Shown: positions 29,827 to 40,276, numbered from the stretch's first letter. The stretch: 64,000 nucleotides of DNA from Nitrospirota bacterium (GCA_029858565.1 JAOUEV010000002.1:64001-128000); one strand, 5' to 3'. Program-made: numbers and translations. The notes: generated by a model from the letters alone, not told the origin.

Positions 29827-31407
29827 CTAATATTTATCAAACTCTTTGTCCAGTTTGTCGTGGCCGTTGCCGTGCCCCAGGTCGAGCTTCACGCCCGCGC
29901 CCGCGTGGACCAGTTCCCCGGGCTGCTGAACGTCCCGCTTCTTCCCGAGGGGTTTGTGCGCAACCGGCGCGTGGACCGTCTTATGAGCGGCCTGCCGGGC
30001 AGGGGCCGCCTTCGCCTGCTTGTATGTTCCCTTGTCCGTGGTGTCGATCAGCGATGCGATCAGGTTCTGGAGCTGTTCCGCCTGGGCCGCCATTTCCTCA
30101 GCCGTGGACGCCAGTTCCTCGGACGCGGACGCGTTCTGCTGGATCACGGTGCTGAGCTGCTGGATCGCGTTGGTGATCTGCACGGTGCCCTGGTCCTGCT
30201 CCTTGCTGGCCGCGCTGATCTCCTGCACCAGTTCGGCGGTCTTTTTAATGTCCGGCACGAGCTGGTTCAGCATCTTGCCGGCCCGTTCCGCGTCCTTCAC
30301 GCTGGTGGAGGACAGCTGGCTGATCTCGGCGGCGGCCTCCTGGCTCCGCTCCGCGAGCTTCCGGACCTCGGACGCCACGACGGCAAAGCCCTTGCCGTGC
30401 TCGCCGGCCCGGGCCGCTTCGATGGCCGCGTTCAGGGCCAGCAGGTTCGTCTGGCGGGCGATCTCCTCGATGATCGAGATCTTGCTTGCAATGTCGTTCA
30501 TGGCGTTCACCGTGATCGTCACGGCCTCTCCGCTCTGCATGGCGTCGCTGGAGGCCTTGCCCGCGATCTTTTCGGTCTGCAGTGCGTTGTCCGTGTTCTG
30601 CTTTATGTTCGCGCTCATCTGCTCCATGGACGAGGTGGTTTCCTCGACCGAGGACGACTGTTCAGTGGACCCCTGGGAAAGCTCCTCTGAGCTCGAGCTT
30701 ACTTCCTGGCTTGCGGCAGCAACGTTGTCAGCAACAGACTTTACTTCACGCAGGACCCTGGTCACACCGCTGGTGATGAACAGGCCGATCGCTATTGCCA
30801 GGCCTATGGCGATTGCGACTATGATCAACAACGTCGTAACAGAGCTTGCCATCGTAGCGTCTGCATCCTCTTTCTCGGCATGAGCGACCTTCATATTCAG
30901 GTCGGTTATTTCATTCAGCAGCTTTTCCGCAACTTCAAACGTTTCATGAGCGGTGCCGAACGAGATGGCCTGGGCTTCTTTCAATTTACCGTCATTGACC
31001 AGGTCCATGACCTTTTGATGTTCTTTCTTCCATGCCTCCCAGGCAGGAACAAACTTCTTCCACAGCATCTCTTCCTCTTTTGTCTGCGGCAGCGGCTCGT
31101 AGATTTTCCAGCCCTTGTTCGCATCGTCCCATGAGCCTTTGAGATCCTCCTTCTGCGCCGCAGCGTCTTCCTTGCTTAACGCCAAGAACGAGGCTCGTTC
31201 CGCCTTTTGAATCGCGGTCTGGGCCTCGTTCAGGATCCCGAGCGCATAAATGCTCGGCATCCTGACGTCGGATATGTCGGTCAGGTCTTCTTCGATTTTA
31301 TACATCCCGATGTAACCGATCAATCCGACGATTCCGGCGATCATGGCAACCAACAAGAAGCCGCTGATCAATTTTGCGCCGATCTTTAAATTATTAAACC
31401 ACTTCAT
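29827..31407 (-). CDS. Methyl-accepting chemotaxis protein (four-helix-bundle sensor)
   Basis: TM-4HB-TM; [40 protein letters not shown]. Confidence 0.95.
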   Translation of the reverse strand: MKWFNNLKIGAKLISGFLLVAMIAGIVGLIGYIGMYKIEEDLTDISDVRMPSIYALGILNEAQTAIQKAERASFLALSKEDAAAQKEDLKGSWDDANKGWKIYEPLPQTKEEEMLWKKFVPAWEAWKKEHQKVMDLVNDGKLKEAQAISFGTAHETFEVAEKLLNEITDLNMKVAHAEKEDADATMASSVTTLLIIVAIAIGLAIAIGLFITSGVTRVLREVKSVADNVAAASQEVSSSSEELSQGSTEQSSSVEETTSSMEQMSANIKQNTDNALQTEKIAGKASSDAMQSGEAVTITVNAMNDIASKISIIEEIARQTNLLALNAAIEAARAGEHGKGFAVVASEVRKLAERSQEAAAEISQLSSTSVKDAERAGKMLNQLVPDIKKTAELVQEISAASKEQDQGTVQITNAIQQLSTVIQQNASASEELASTAEEMAAQAEQLQNLIASLIDTTDKGTYKQAKAAPARQAAHKTVHAPVAHKPLGKKRDVQQPGELVHAGAGVKLDLGHGNGHDKLDKEFDKY

Positions 31408-31494
31408 AGCTATTTCCTCCTTTGGGTTGGTATTTCTGCAACATGGTTATTTCATGCGCTTTCTCAGGTCGTTAGAAGCGTATCAGCGTCTTCA

Positions 31495-33681
31495 TCATGT
31501 GATTCCTCCTTCAAACGGTTCTTGCCGGGTCTTCCCTGTTTGTTTAGTTCCTTTCGTCACGAGGGCCGTTTGTTCCTCGTTCTCCATCTGTTGAATGAGT
31601 CGCGGCGCATCCAGGATCAGCGCAACGGCGCCGTCCCCCAGGATCGTCGCTCCGGAGATGCCGTCGATGTCCTTGTAAATGCTCCCCAGGTTCTTGATCA
31701 CCGTCTGGTGTCCGCCGACTACGCGGTCCACCACGAAACCGGCGCGCCGGCCTTCTATCGAGACGATCACGATCTGCTCCCGGGGCGGCCTTTCCCCCGT
31801 GATCCTGAATTGTTCGCGGAGCCGTATGTATGGCACGATCTTTCCCCGCACATGGGCCAGGTCCCGTCCATTGGCCTTTTGAATGTCCATTCGGGTCAGC
31901 TCAACGCATTCCTCCACCAGGGAAAGCGGCATGATGAACGACTCCGCGCCGATCTTGACCAGGAGCCCTTCGATGATCGCGAGGGTGAGGGGGAGCTTCA
32001 AGGTAATCGTTGTTCCGGCGCCTTTTCGGCTGCTGATCTCGATGGATCCGCGCAGCGAATCAATGGCGCGTTTCACCACGTCCATGCCCACGCCGCGGCC
32101 TGAAACGCTCGTCACCTTTTCCGCGGTGGAAAAACCGGGGTCGAGGATGAGCGCAAAGAGATCCTTTTCCGTCAATTTCGCGTCTGAAGCTATCAGCCCT
32201 TTTCCCACGGCTTTTGCGCGGATCGCGTCGGGATCGAGCCCCTTGCCGTCGTCCCGGACCTGCACCAGGACATGGGCGCCCGAATGCTTTGCAGACAGGT
32301 GGACCGTGCCGATCCGGGGTTTATTCGCAGCCACGCGATTCCCCGGCTGTTCAATGCCGTGATCGATGCTGTTTCTCAGAATATGCACCAGCGGATCGCC
32401 GAGTTTTTCAATAACCGTTTTATCCAATTCGGTTTCCGCGCCGTCCGTTGTAAGCTCGATCTCCTTGCCCATTTCCCGGGAGAGGTCGCGGACGAGCCGC
32501 TGGAACCTGCTGAAGGTGGAGCCGATGGGCAGCATGCGGATGCCCATGGTAATGTCGCGGAGTTCCGCGGTCAGGCGTTCCACGGCCTCCGCGATCGCCG
32601 GTATCTTCGTTTTTTTGAACAGGCCCGCGGTCTGGCTGAGCAGCGACTGGAGCGTTACCAGCTCGCCCACCAGATCGACGAGCTTGTCCAGTTTGTCCGA
32701 CGATACCCGTATGCTCGACGCCGGGTCCTTGGCCTGCTTTTTCTCGTGCTGCGCTTTTAAATGCCGTTGTTCCGCCAGGGCGGGGGCCACGGTGTCCGAC
32801 TGAGGGGCACCCATTTCTACAAGCTCCCGGCCGGACCGTTTTTGCCCGGGAAGCCCTTGTCGGACGAGTTCGGGCGTCGCCTCGCCGCGCTCCAGGTGAA
32901 TGTCTCCGGGATTTTTCAACCCGGCCTCGTCATGATCTACAGGATCACTATTGATCAGGTCGATCTTCACCTCGGCGTCGTCCTGAATGAAGAGAAAAAC
33001 GTCTTCCACGTCGTTAAGCTTTTTGCGGGTCGTGAGGACCACGTCCCAGCACAGGTAGCAGGTTTCCGCGTTCAGTTCATCCAGAGGAGGGACGTCCTGG
33101 GTCCTCGCCGTGATCGCGCACTCGCCCATCCAGCAAAGTTCATTCAGCACGCCGAGAGGGTCCAGGCCCCGTGACGCGATGTCCCGGGGCGGACGGAAAT
33201 GGATTCTGCAGGTAATTTTCTTGTCGGCGCGCTTGGGCTGAAAGTCCGCGACAATAGGGGGGGGGAGGGGGCCTGCCTCGGCGGCTGCGGGCCTGCCCAG
33301 GATAAGCCTCCGCAATGCGGTGATGATCCTGCGGCCCTCGCCCTTGTCTTCTTCCTGAGCGCCTCCGGATGCCCCGAGCATGGACCGTATATGGTCCCGG
33401 GCCGAAAGAGTCAGATCGATAAGCTCCTTGGTGACGGGAATTGAGCCGTTCCGGACGAGGTCGTAAACGGTCTCGACCTCATGGGTGAAAATGGATATCG
33501 CCTCGAACCCGAACATAGCCCCGGTCCCTTTTATCGTATGCATGGCCCTGAAGACCCTGCCGACGAGGTCGGCGTCATCGGGCCGTTTCTCCAAGTCGAG
33601 CAGCGACGTCTCGAGCTCGACCAGCAGTTCGCGGGCCTCCTCCTTAAATGCTTCCTGGTGTTGATCCTTCATGTCGCTCAT
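31495..33681 (-). CDS. cheA: Chemotaxis histidine kinase
   Basis: FRAMHTIKG (P1), LVHILRNSIDHG, DDGKG, SGRGVGMDVV, LPLTLAI, CheW-like P5. Confidence 0.96.
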   Translation of the reverse strand: MSDMKDQHQEAFKEEARELLVELETSLLDLEKRPDDADLVGRVFRAMHTIKGTGAMFGFEAISIFTHEVETVYDLVRNGSIPVTKELIDLTLSARDHIRSMLGASGGAQEEDKGEGRRIITALRRLILGRPAAAEAGPLPPPIVADFQPKRADKKITCRIHFRPPRDIASRGLDPLGVLNELCWMGECAITARTQDVPPLDELNAETCYLCWDVVLTTRKKLNDVEDVFLFIQDDAEVKIDLINSDPVDHDEAGLKNPGDIHLERGEATPELVRQGLPGQKRSGRELVEMGAPQSDTVAPALAEQRHLKAQHEKKQAKDPASSIRVSSDKLDKLVDLVGELVTLQSLLSQTAGLFKKTKIPAIAEAVERLTAELRDITMGIRMLPIGSTFSRFQRLVRDLSREMGKEIELTTDGAETELDKTVIEKLGDPLVHILRNSIDHGIEQPGNRVAANKPRIGTVHLSAKHSGAHVLVQVRDDGKGLDPDAIRAKAVGKGLIASDAKLTEKDLFALILDPGFSTAEKVTSVSGRGVGMDVVKRAIDSLRGSIEISSRKGAGTTITLKLPLTLAIIEGLLVKIGAESFIMPLSLVEECVELTRMDIQKANGRDLAHVRGKIVPYIRLREQFRITGERPPREQIVIVSIEGRRAGFVVDRVVGGHQTVIKNLGSIYKDIDGISGATILGDGAVALILDAPRLIQQMENEEQTALVTKGTKQTGKTRQEPFEGGIT

Positions 33682-33690
33682 AAGCAGACC

Positions 33691-34026
33691 TCACTCCCTG
33701 TTCCATGGACAGGTTATATTCTCACGACACGCGGCGGCGCGGCCGTAACCGGCCAGGCTGACCGCGTTCCGGAACGCCTCGGATTGCACCCCGACCAACG
33801 TCAGCTTTTTGCCCGCTTTCATCGCGGAGCGGTGCGCGGAGCACAGTGTCTGGAGCCCGAACAGGTCCGCTTGATCGACATGCTCTATATCAATGTCCAG
33901 GGAGTCCCCGTTCTTCAGCGCCTCCAGCAGGATTTTTTTCAGTTCTTCCGCGTGTTCGACGACCAGCTCTCCTTCGAGCACAAGAGGCCCGGTTTTTCCT
34001 GTTTGTTCGGTCCTTGTTTTCAGCAT
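33691..34026 (-). CDS. STAS-domain protein
   Basis: LEGEL...DIEHVDQADLFGLQTL; lies between cheY and cheA. Confidence 0.85.
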   Translation of the reverse strand: MLKTRTEQTGKTGPLVLEGELVVEHAEELKKILLEALKNGDSLDIDIEHVDQADLFGLQTLCSAHRSAMKAGKKLTLVGVQSEAFRNAVSLAGYGRAAACRENITCPWNRE

Positions 34027-34036
34027 GATGCCTCCT

Positions 34037-34402
34037 CTATCTGGCGAGCCTATTGACGGTTTCCAGCAGCTTGCTCGGAGAAAAAGGCTTGAAAATCCAG
34101 CCGCTCGCGCCCGCCTGTTTCCCCTTCTCCCGTCCGACCACTTCCGATTCCGTCGTGAGCATGACGATGGGGGTAAATCTGTTCGCCGGTGTTTCTCTGA
34201 GCTCTTTGATCAAGGCGATGCCGTCCATCCCGGGCATATTGAGATCGGTGATGACCATGTCGATCTTTGCGCCGCCGGATTTAGCCAGGGCGTCCTTGCC
34301 GTCCACGGCAGTGATCACCTCGAACCCCGCGCTTTTGAGGGTAAGGCCCACCATTGTTCTCATGGTTGCGGAGTCATCCGCTACCAGTACGGTTTTTGTC
34401 AT
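34037..34402 (-). CDS. cheY: Chemotaxis response regulator
   Basis: MTKTVLVADDS..ITDLNMP..LTTES..WIFKPF; AGGAGGT RBS before ATG 34402. Confidence 0.93.
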   Translation of the reverse strand: MTKTVLVADDSATMRTMVGLTLKSAGFEVITAVDGKDALAKSGGAKIDMVITDLNMPGMDGIALIKELRETPANRFTPIVMLTTESEVVGREKGKQAGASGWIFKPFSPSKLLETVNRLAR

Positions 34403-34468
34403 TGCCTTCACCTCCTGAGACGCCGCATCCGAGCATGCGCGGAATGCGGCTGGATTGCCTGATTGTTT

Positions 34469-34484
34469 AGCAAGAGCCGTGCCG
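34469..34484 (-). promoter_or_regulatory. Sigma54 (-24/-12) promoter of the che operon
   Basis: Minus strand CGGCACGGCTCTTGCT (GG-N10-GC), about 65 nt upstream of cheY. Confidence 0.75.
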
Positions 34485-34775
34485 ATCATGATGGTGTTGT
34501 ATTTGTTGAGAAATGATCTTGAGTGGCGGGAAAAGAGTATTGCAATTATCCATAGTATTGCAAATTGCGCGTGTGTATTGCCGACAGTGAGGAGAGATCG
34601 GAGGGAAGTGAATTGCAATGATAAGAATTGTCCTGGGCAATGGCAGCGGACCGCGATTGCCGCAAATGAGGGCGAAAAGAAAAGCAAGAGTTGCGGGTTT
34701 GACCCTTTTCAGCTTTGGGGCGCTGCGCGAAAGAATGCTGCTTGATTCGGGTTTGTTCTTGATGCGGGGGGCGGG

Positions 34776-36131
34776 TCAGGACGTGATGCCGTACTGTTTT
34801 ATCTTTCTCATGAGCGTTGAATAATCGATATCGAGTATTGCCGCAGCCTTCTTCTTGTTGCCCTTGGTGGCTCCGAGGGTCCGTTGAATGGCCTGTTTCT
34901 CGATTTCCGAAAGGCTTTGATCGGCATGTTCGTCCGGCAGCGGCTGTCCGGGAACAGCGTGTTCAGCGGCAATGAGGAACTCGATCCGCTCGGGCATGAT
35001 GATGTCGCCTGCGGAAAGAAGCACTGCCCGCCTCATGACGTTTTTCAGCTCCCTGATGTTTCCCGGCCAGGGATACTCTCTAAGGAGTTTTTCCGCGGCC
35101 CCGGAGATCCCCCGGGACTGTTTTTTCAGCTCCGTTGCCGCCTCATTGCAGAATCGTTGCGCCAGGAAAGGGATGTCTTCGGTCCGCTCCCTGAGCGGCG
35201 GTATGACGATCATGAATTCGCCGAGCCGGAAGAACAGGTCCTCGCGGAATTTTTTTTCCGCCACGGCCTGCTTGAGGTTCGTATTGGTCGCGGCGATGAT
35301 CCGGGCGTTTATATCCAACGGTTGGGTGCTTCCAAGGGGATAGCCTTTTTTCTCCTCCACCACCCGGAGCAGTTTGCTCTGCACGAAGGGGGACATGTTC
35401 TGCACTTCGTCGATGAGCAGGGTGCCGCCGCCGGCAAGCTCGAACAGGCCCCGTTTCTTCTTTTCAGCGCCGGTGAACGCCCCTTTTTCAAAACCAAACA
35501 GCTCGCTCTCAACCAGGGTCTCCGGTATCGCGCCCATGTCAACCGTCATGAAGGGGCCTTTTTTCCGCGCGCTCAGGTTGTGGATCAGGTTTGCTATATA
35601 CGATTTGCCGGTCCCTGTTTCTCCCTGGATGATGATCGAAAAATCGCTCCAGGCGACCTGGTGTATCTGTTCGATGACTTTCTTTATGAGCGGACTCTTC
35701 CCCAGCAGCCACTCCAGGGATTCTTCCATCTCCGTGTTCAATCGCCGGACTTTATTTTCCAGTTCCCGTTTTTCCAGCGCCTTGGTCAGCGTGATGATGA
35801 GATAATCGAAATCAGGCGGCTTGAGCATGAAATCATTTGCCCCGAGCTTGATGGCTTCGACCGCGGTCGGCACATCGCCGTGCGCAGTAATAATGATGAT
35901 CGGCATGGAGGGGTCGATCTTTCGTATTTCGCGCAACGTATCGAATCCGTCCATGCCCGGCATTTTCAGGTCGAGGAGCGCGAGGTCGGTCTTCATTGTC
36001 CGGACGAGGTCCAGGGCTTCATGGCCGCTGGAGGCCTCGATGGGGAAGAAACCCTTTGTCTTCAGGATCTCAGCCAGGATCTGCCGAATTCTCGAATCAT
36101 CATCGATAATGAGTATTTTATACGTGGTCAT
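34776..36131 (-). CDS. Sigma54-dependent activator (REC-AAA+-Fis HTH, NtrC family)
   Basis: GETGTGK, ESELFG, GAFTGA, FREDLFFRL, WPGNIREL, HTH. Start may be 36155. Confidence 0.94.
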   Translation of the reverse strand: MTTYKILIIDDDSRIRQILAEILKTKGFFPIEASSGHEALDLVRTMKTDLALLDLKMPGMDGFDTLREIRKIDPSMPIIIITAHGDVPTAVEAIKLGANDFMLKPPDFDYLIITLTKALEKRELENKVRRLNTEMEESLEWLLGKSPLIKKVIEQIHQVAWSDFSIIIQGETGTGKSYIANLIHNLSARKKGPFMTVDMGAIPETLVESELFGFEKGAFTGAEKKKRGLFELAGGGTLLIDEVQNMSPFVQSKLLRVVEEKKGYPLGSTQPLDINARIIAATNTNLKQAVAEKKFREDLFFRLGEFMIVIPPLRERTEDIPFLAQRFCNEAATELKKQSRGISGAAEKLLREYPWPGNIRELKNVMRRAVLLSAGDIIMPERIEFLIAAEHAVPGQPLPDEHADQSLSEIEKQAIQRTLGATKGNKKKAAAILDIDYSTLMRKIKQYGITS

Positions 36132-36515
36132 TGGACGGGTAACGAAAACCGGCATCTCATGCGACCGGACCTTTAAGCGTTCCTGCTAACAGAAGCATAA
36201 TAGAGGCGAATGGAAAAGGCAAGTCCTGAATGCGCAATTGTCGATCGCCTGAAAAAACCACGGCGGGGCCTTGTCCGGACGGGATCCCGATGCCCCCTGC
36301 AAAACATTCATGTATTGCGGAAACGGAGGTGAAACCGCGCGGGAGAGGGGGTGTCCCGGATCTATGAAAATTGATCACAAGGCTTTTATTTTGCTGTATA
36401 ATGACCGGCGAGGACGTGAACGAGAAGACCATCGGACCGGGCCACGCGCAGGAGGCTTGGGCGGGAACGAATCTGAAGGCGCTTTGCCGCGGCGGTGAAA
36501 GGACGTGCGAAGGAC

Positions 36516-38111
36516 ATGCGTCATCTCACTATTCAAATCATTCGCAGACTTGTTCAGGGACTGTTCCTGCTTTTTTTCCTCTTTCTCTTCGTCCAGACGG
36601 AGTCGAAAGGGAGTGATGAGCTGGGTTATCCGGTCCGGCTCTTTCTCGACTTCGATCCGCTGATCCTGTTCACGACGCTTCTGTCCGCGCATGCCGTTGC
36701 CAAGACATTTCTCCTCTCCCTGATTCTTGTCGTTTTCACGCTGGTTCTGGGCAGAGTTCTCTGCGGCTGGATCTGTCCGCTCGGCACGCTGAACAACATG
36801 ATTGGCTCGCTCATAAAACCGAGGATAGAGCAGAAACCCCGGAACTGGCACCGCATAAAGTATCTCCTTCTCATCGGCCTTCTCGCCTCATCCCTGTTCA
36901 CGCTTCAGCCGGTCGGTATCCTGGACCCGCTGTCGCTCCTGATCCGGTCATTTTCCATCAGCGTTTATCCGCTCTTCAATCACGCGGTTCGATCCTCCTT
37001 TGATGCCGCTTACTCGGTCAATCCCGCGGGCATTGCCTTGGTCACCGAACCGGTCTATACAGTGCTGAAAAAGTCGGTCCTGTCGTTCAATCAGCCGGTG
37101 TATCGCCAGGGTGTCCTTATCGGGATACTGTTCCTGACCGTTCTCGGCCTGAACCTGGTGGAAAAGCGGTTCTGGTGTAAGTATCTTTGTCCGCTCGGCG
37201 CCTTGCTCGGGCTCCTGTCCCGGTTTTCGCTTCTTAAACGGTCGGTCAGCGAAGCCTGCACTGAATGCGGGGCCTGCGCGGGTGTTTGTCAGGGCGGCGC
37301 GTCGCCGGACGTAAAGGGGGAGTGGAAGGACGCGGAGTGCTACTATTGCTGGAACTGCGACGACATTTGCCCGAACAATGCCGTCTCCTTCGGATTCTCA
37401 GGCAAGAAGATTACGCCTGCCATGGACCTGGGCAGGCGGCGTGTCGTTGCCTCGGCGCTGTCGGGGATCGCCGCGGTGCCGCTGCTCAGGATCACGCCGC
37501 TCGGTCTGGCGAACGCCAAAGACCCGGCACTGCTCCGGCCGCCGGGTTCACTCGACGAAAAGGAGTTCCTGGCTAGGTGCGTCAAATGCGGGGAGTGCAT
37601 GAAGGTCTGTATAACGAACGGTCTGCAGCCGACTTTGACGGAGGCGGGAATGGAGGGCATCTGGTCGCCGGTGCTCGTGCCGCGTATCGGGTACTGCGAA
37701 TACCGCTGCACGCTGTGCGGCCAGGTCTGCCCGACCGGAGCCATAAAGAAACTATCGCTGCCGGAAAAGGCAAAGGTCAAGATCGGCCTTGCCATGATCG
37801 ATAAGGGCCGCTGTCTACCCTGGGCACATGCGACTCCCTGCATTATGTGCGAAGAGGTCTGTCCAACGCCAAAGAAGGCTGTCTGGCTGGAGGAAACCGC
37901 TGTCCGCGACCGGTCAGGCAGGATGGTCAAGGTCCAGCAGCCCCGGGTTGACCTGGAACTGTGCATCGGCTGCGGCATCTGCGAGACAAAATGCCCGGTG
38001 CTCGGCAGGCCCGCGATCTCTGTATCCAGCGTGGGAGAGAGCAGATCAAAGGAGAACCAGCTGTTGCTGTCCGAAAGGAACATGCATGAAAGAAACAGTA
38101 CGACCGGATGA
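36516..38111 (+). CDS. Membrane polyferredoxin (NapH/MauN-like TM region plus several 4Fe-4S motifs)
   Basis: CGWICPLG, RFWCKYLCPLG, CTECGACAGVC, LRPPG...CVKCGECMKVC, CIGCGICETKCP. Confidence 0.9.
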   Translation: MRHLTIQIIRRLVQGLFLLFFLFLFVQTESKGSDELGYPVRLFLDFDPLILFTTLLSAHAVAKTFLLSLILVVFTLVLGRVLCGWICPLGTLNNMIGSLIKPRIEQKPRNWHRIKYLLLIGLLASSLFTLQPVGILDPLSLLIRSFSISVYPLFNHAVRSSFDAAYSVNPAGIALVTEPVYTVLKKSVLSFNQPVYRQGVLIGILFLTVLGLNLVEKRFWCKYLCPLGALLGLLSRFSLLKRSVSEACTECGACAGVCQGGASPDVKGEWKDAECYYCWNCDDICPNNAVSFGFSGKKITPAMDLGRRRVVASALSGIAAVPLLRITPLGLANAKDPALLRPPGSLDEKEFLARCVKCGECMKVCITNGLQPTLTEAGMEGIWSPVLVPRIGYCEYRCTLCGQVCPTGAIKKLSLPEKAKVKIGLAMIDKGRCLPWAHATPCIMCEEVCPTPKKAVWLEETAVRDRSGRMVKVQQPRVDLELCIGCGICETKCPVLGRPAISVSSVGESRSKENQLLLSERNMHERNSTTG

Positions 38112-38406
38112 GTTGGAGCAGCTGTTGGCCGGCGAGAAACCTCCACTTCTCCTCGATGTGCGGAGACGGTCCGACATCGAGAGTGATCCCGCCATGATCC
38201 CGGGCGCCCAATGGAAGGACCCGGAAAAGGTCGCAGTGTGGGGCCGGGACCTGGGGACATATGACGTGGTGATCTACTGCGTGCGCGGGGGATCGGTCAG
38301 CAGAACGGTGCAGGAAAAATTGCGTGAAATGAACATAAGCTCCCAGTTCATTGAAGGCGGGATCGACGCGTGGAAACAGGCTGGGAAGGGGATGCAAAAG
38401 CCTTAG
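38086..38406 (+). CDS. Single-domain rhodanese-like protein
   Basis: LLLDVRR, IPGA, YCVRGGSVS, IEGGIDAW; AAGGA RBS. Confidence 0.85.
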   Translation: MKETVRPDELEQLLAGEKPPLLLDVRRRSDIESDPAMIPGAQWKDPEKVAVWGRDLGTYDVVIYCVRGGSVSRTVQEKLREMNISSQFIEGGIDAWKQAGKGMQKP

Positions 38407-38432
38407 AAGGTCTAATTCCGAGGCCAGTTGCA

Positions 38433-39515
38433 TCAAATCCGACTAAATGCGGTCGCAACAGATTTGTTCACGATTTCCCCCCTGTACGTATTTAACGCGC
38501 TTTTGATCTCCGTGCTCTCCTGAATCACTTTCTCGATCCCCCTGGTCGCCAGCAATTTGATATAGGGCAGTGTTGCGTTCGTGAGGGCGAGCGTGGATGT
38601 GCGAGGATAAGCGCCTGGCATGTTTGCCACGCAGTAATGCACGATGCCGTCCACTTCGAATGTCGGATCAGCATGGGTCGTCGGCCGGCTGGTCTCGCAG
38701 CATCCGCCCTGGTCCACTGACACGTCAACGATCACCGATCCTTGTTTCATGGTTCCGAGAATTTTTCTCGTTATGAACACCGGCGTCCTCCCCCCGGGGA
38801 TAAGGATGGAGCCGACGACGATGTCCGCGGTCCGAATCTCCTGCTCCAGGGTTCGTGGCGAGAGCGGCAGGGTCTCGATCCTGCCCTGGAACATGTCATC
38901 GATGACCTTCAGCCGGTCCGTGGTCTTGTTCATGACAAGGACCTCCATGCCTATTCCAGCTGCGACGCGCGCGGCATTGGTACCAACCACCCCGGCGCCG
39001 AGTACCAGCATCCTTGCCGGTTTGACACCCGCGGTGCCGGTCGGCAGGATACCGGAACCGCCCCGATGCTTCTGGAGGTGGAACGCCGCAGCCAGCGGAG
39101 CCATCCGTCCGGCGATCTCGCTCATGGGGGCAAGGAGCGGCAGTGTGCCGTCCTTTGACAGAGTCTCGTAGGCAAGCCCGATGATCTTCTTCGCAAGCAG
39201 GATGTCGGTCAATTCACGGTTCGGTGCGAGATGCAGATAGGTGAAAAGAGCCTGGCCGTCTCGAAGAAGAGCGTATTCTGCCGGGAGGGGCTCCTTGACC
39301 TTGATGATGAGCTCCGCGCGGTTAAACAGCGTTTTCCGGTCAACGATGTCTGCGTCAGCATCAAGGTACTCATCGTCGGAAAATCCGCTGCCCCTGCCCG
39401 CTCCCGTTTCAACAAGGATAGTTGTGCCGAACCGCTTGACCTCCCGGGCAGCATCAGGCGTCATGCCTACACGGTACTCCTCGGTCTTGATCTCCTTTGG
39501 CACTCCGATGATCAT
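38433..39515 (-). CDS. ald: Alanine dehydrogenase
   Basis: MIIGVPKEIK..E.RV, KVKEP, LPLLAPMSEIAGR, GAGVVG, DQGGC, HYCVANMPGA. Confidence 0.96.
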   Translation of the reverse strand: MIIGVPKEIKTEEYRVGMTPDAAREVKRFGTTILVETGAGRGSGFSDDEYLDADADIVDRKTLFNRAELIIKVKEPLPAEYALLRDGQALFTYLHLAPNRELTDILLAKKIIGLAYETLSKDGTLPLLAPMSEIAGRMAPLAAAFHLQKHRGGSGILPTGTAGVKPARMLVLGAGVVGTNAARVAAGIGMEVLVMNKTTDRLKVIDDMFQGRIETLPLSPRTLEQEIRTADIVVGSILIPGGRTPVFITRKILGTMKQGSVIVDVSVDQGGCCETSRPTTHADPTFEVDGIVHYCVANMPGAYPRTSTLALTNATLPYIKLLATRGIEKVIQESTEIKSALNTYRGEIVNKSVATAFSRI

Positions 39516-39646
39516 GGTATAAACCTCCATTTGATAAAAGTATAGCATCTCCTGCAGAAGGCATGCAGGAGTAGAATGCTCTTGACTCGCGGTCGGGTTT
39601 TCTGTAGTATTTTCCGCCGAACAGATCGTCATCCGGAGGATATGGT

Positions 39647-40174
39647 ATGGCTGAAGAGAAGAAGGAACCGTGGCTTAATTATCTTGCGCTCACGACCGTC
39701 GTTTTTGCGGTGTGCGCGACCCTTTCGACACTGAAGGGCGGAGGGTTTTCCACAAAATCGGTGATGATGCAGGCCCAGGCATCGGACCAGTGGGCCTATT
39801 TCCAGTCCAAGAGCATTAAGGGATACCTGTACGAGCTTCAGCGGGACAAACTGGAGATGGAACTGAAGGCCGGCGTGCGCGGGGCGGCCGGTGAGTACCG
39901 GAAAAAGATCGACTATTATCAGCAGGAGATCACCCGGTACAAGGCCGAAAAAGAGGAGATCAGGAAGAAAGCCGAGGAATTCGAGAAAACGCGCGATGAA
40001 GCGCGGACCCACTCAGGTGCATTCGGCATGGCGGCAATGTTCCTCCAGATCGCCATCCTGCTTTCCTCCATTGCTGCGTTGATGAAACAGAAGTACTTCT
40101 GGTTCCTGGGGATGGGGGCCGGATGTTTCGGGCTGTTCTATTTCTTCAATGGGTTCTTCCTGTTCATGAAATAA
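39647..40174 (+). CDS. DUF4337-like membrane protein
   Basis: ASDQWAYFQSKSIK; LQIAILLSSIA; TM segments at both ends. Confidence 0.8.
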   Translation: MAEEKKEPWLNYLALTTVVFAVCATLSTLKGGGFSTKSVMMQAQASDQWAYFQSKSIKGYLYELQRDKLEMELKAGVRGAAGEYRKKIDYYQQEITRYKAEKEEIRKKAEEFEKTRDEARTHSGAFGMAAMFLQIAILLSSIAALMKQKYFWFLGMGAGCFGLFYFFNGFFLFMK

Positions 40175-40276
40175 GGATGTTTTTCCCGGCGGTTCTCCGG
40201 GCAGGACCCGAGGTTTGCTATAATCTAGTCGTGCGGGATTGACGGGTCGTGCCATGGGTAGAAGGGGGCTGCGACC

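Noticed and set aside
34403-34687. N-terminal extension of CheY in the ORF track
   Set aside because: A strong RBS precedes ATG 34402, and the extension covers the sigma54 promoter region.
36371-36402. Sigma70 promoter TTGATC...TATAAT before the polyferredoxin gene
   Set aside because: The spacer is 20 nt; only the -10 box is convincing.
37828-38085. Long N-terminus for the rhodanese ORF
   Set aside because: It overlaps the polyferredoxin in another frame; the domain begins at ATG 38086.
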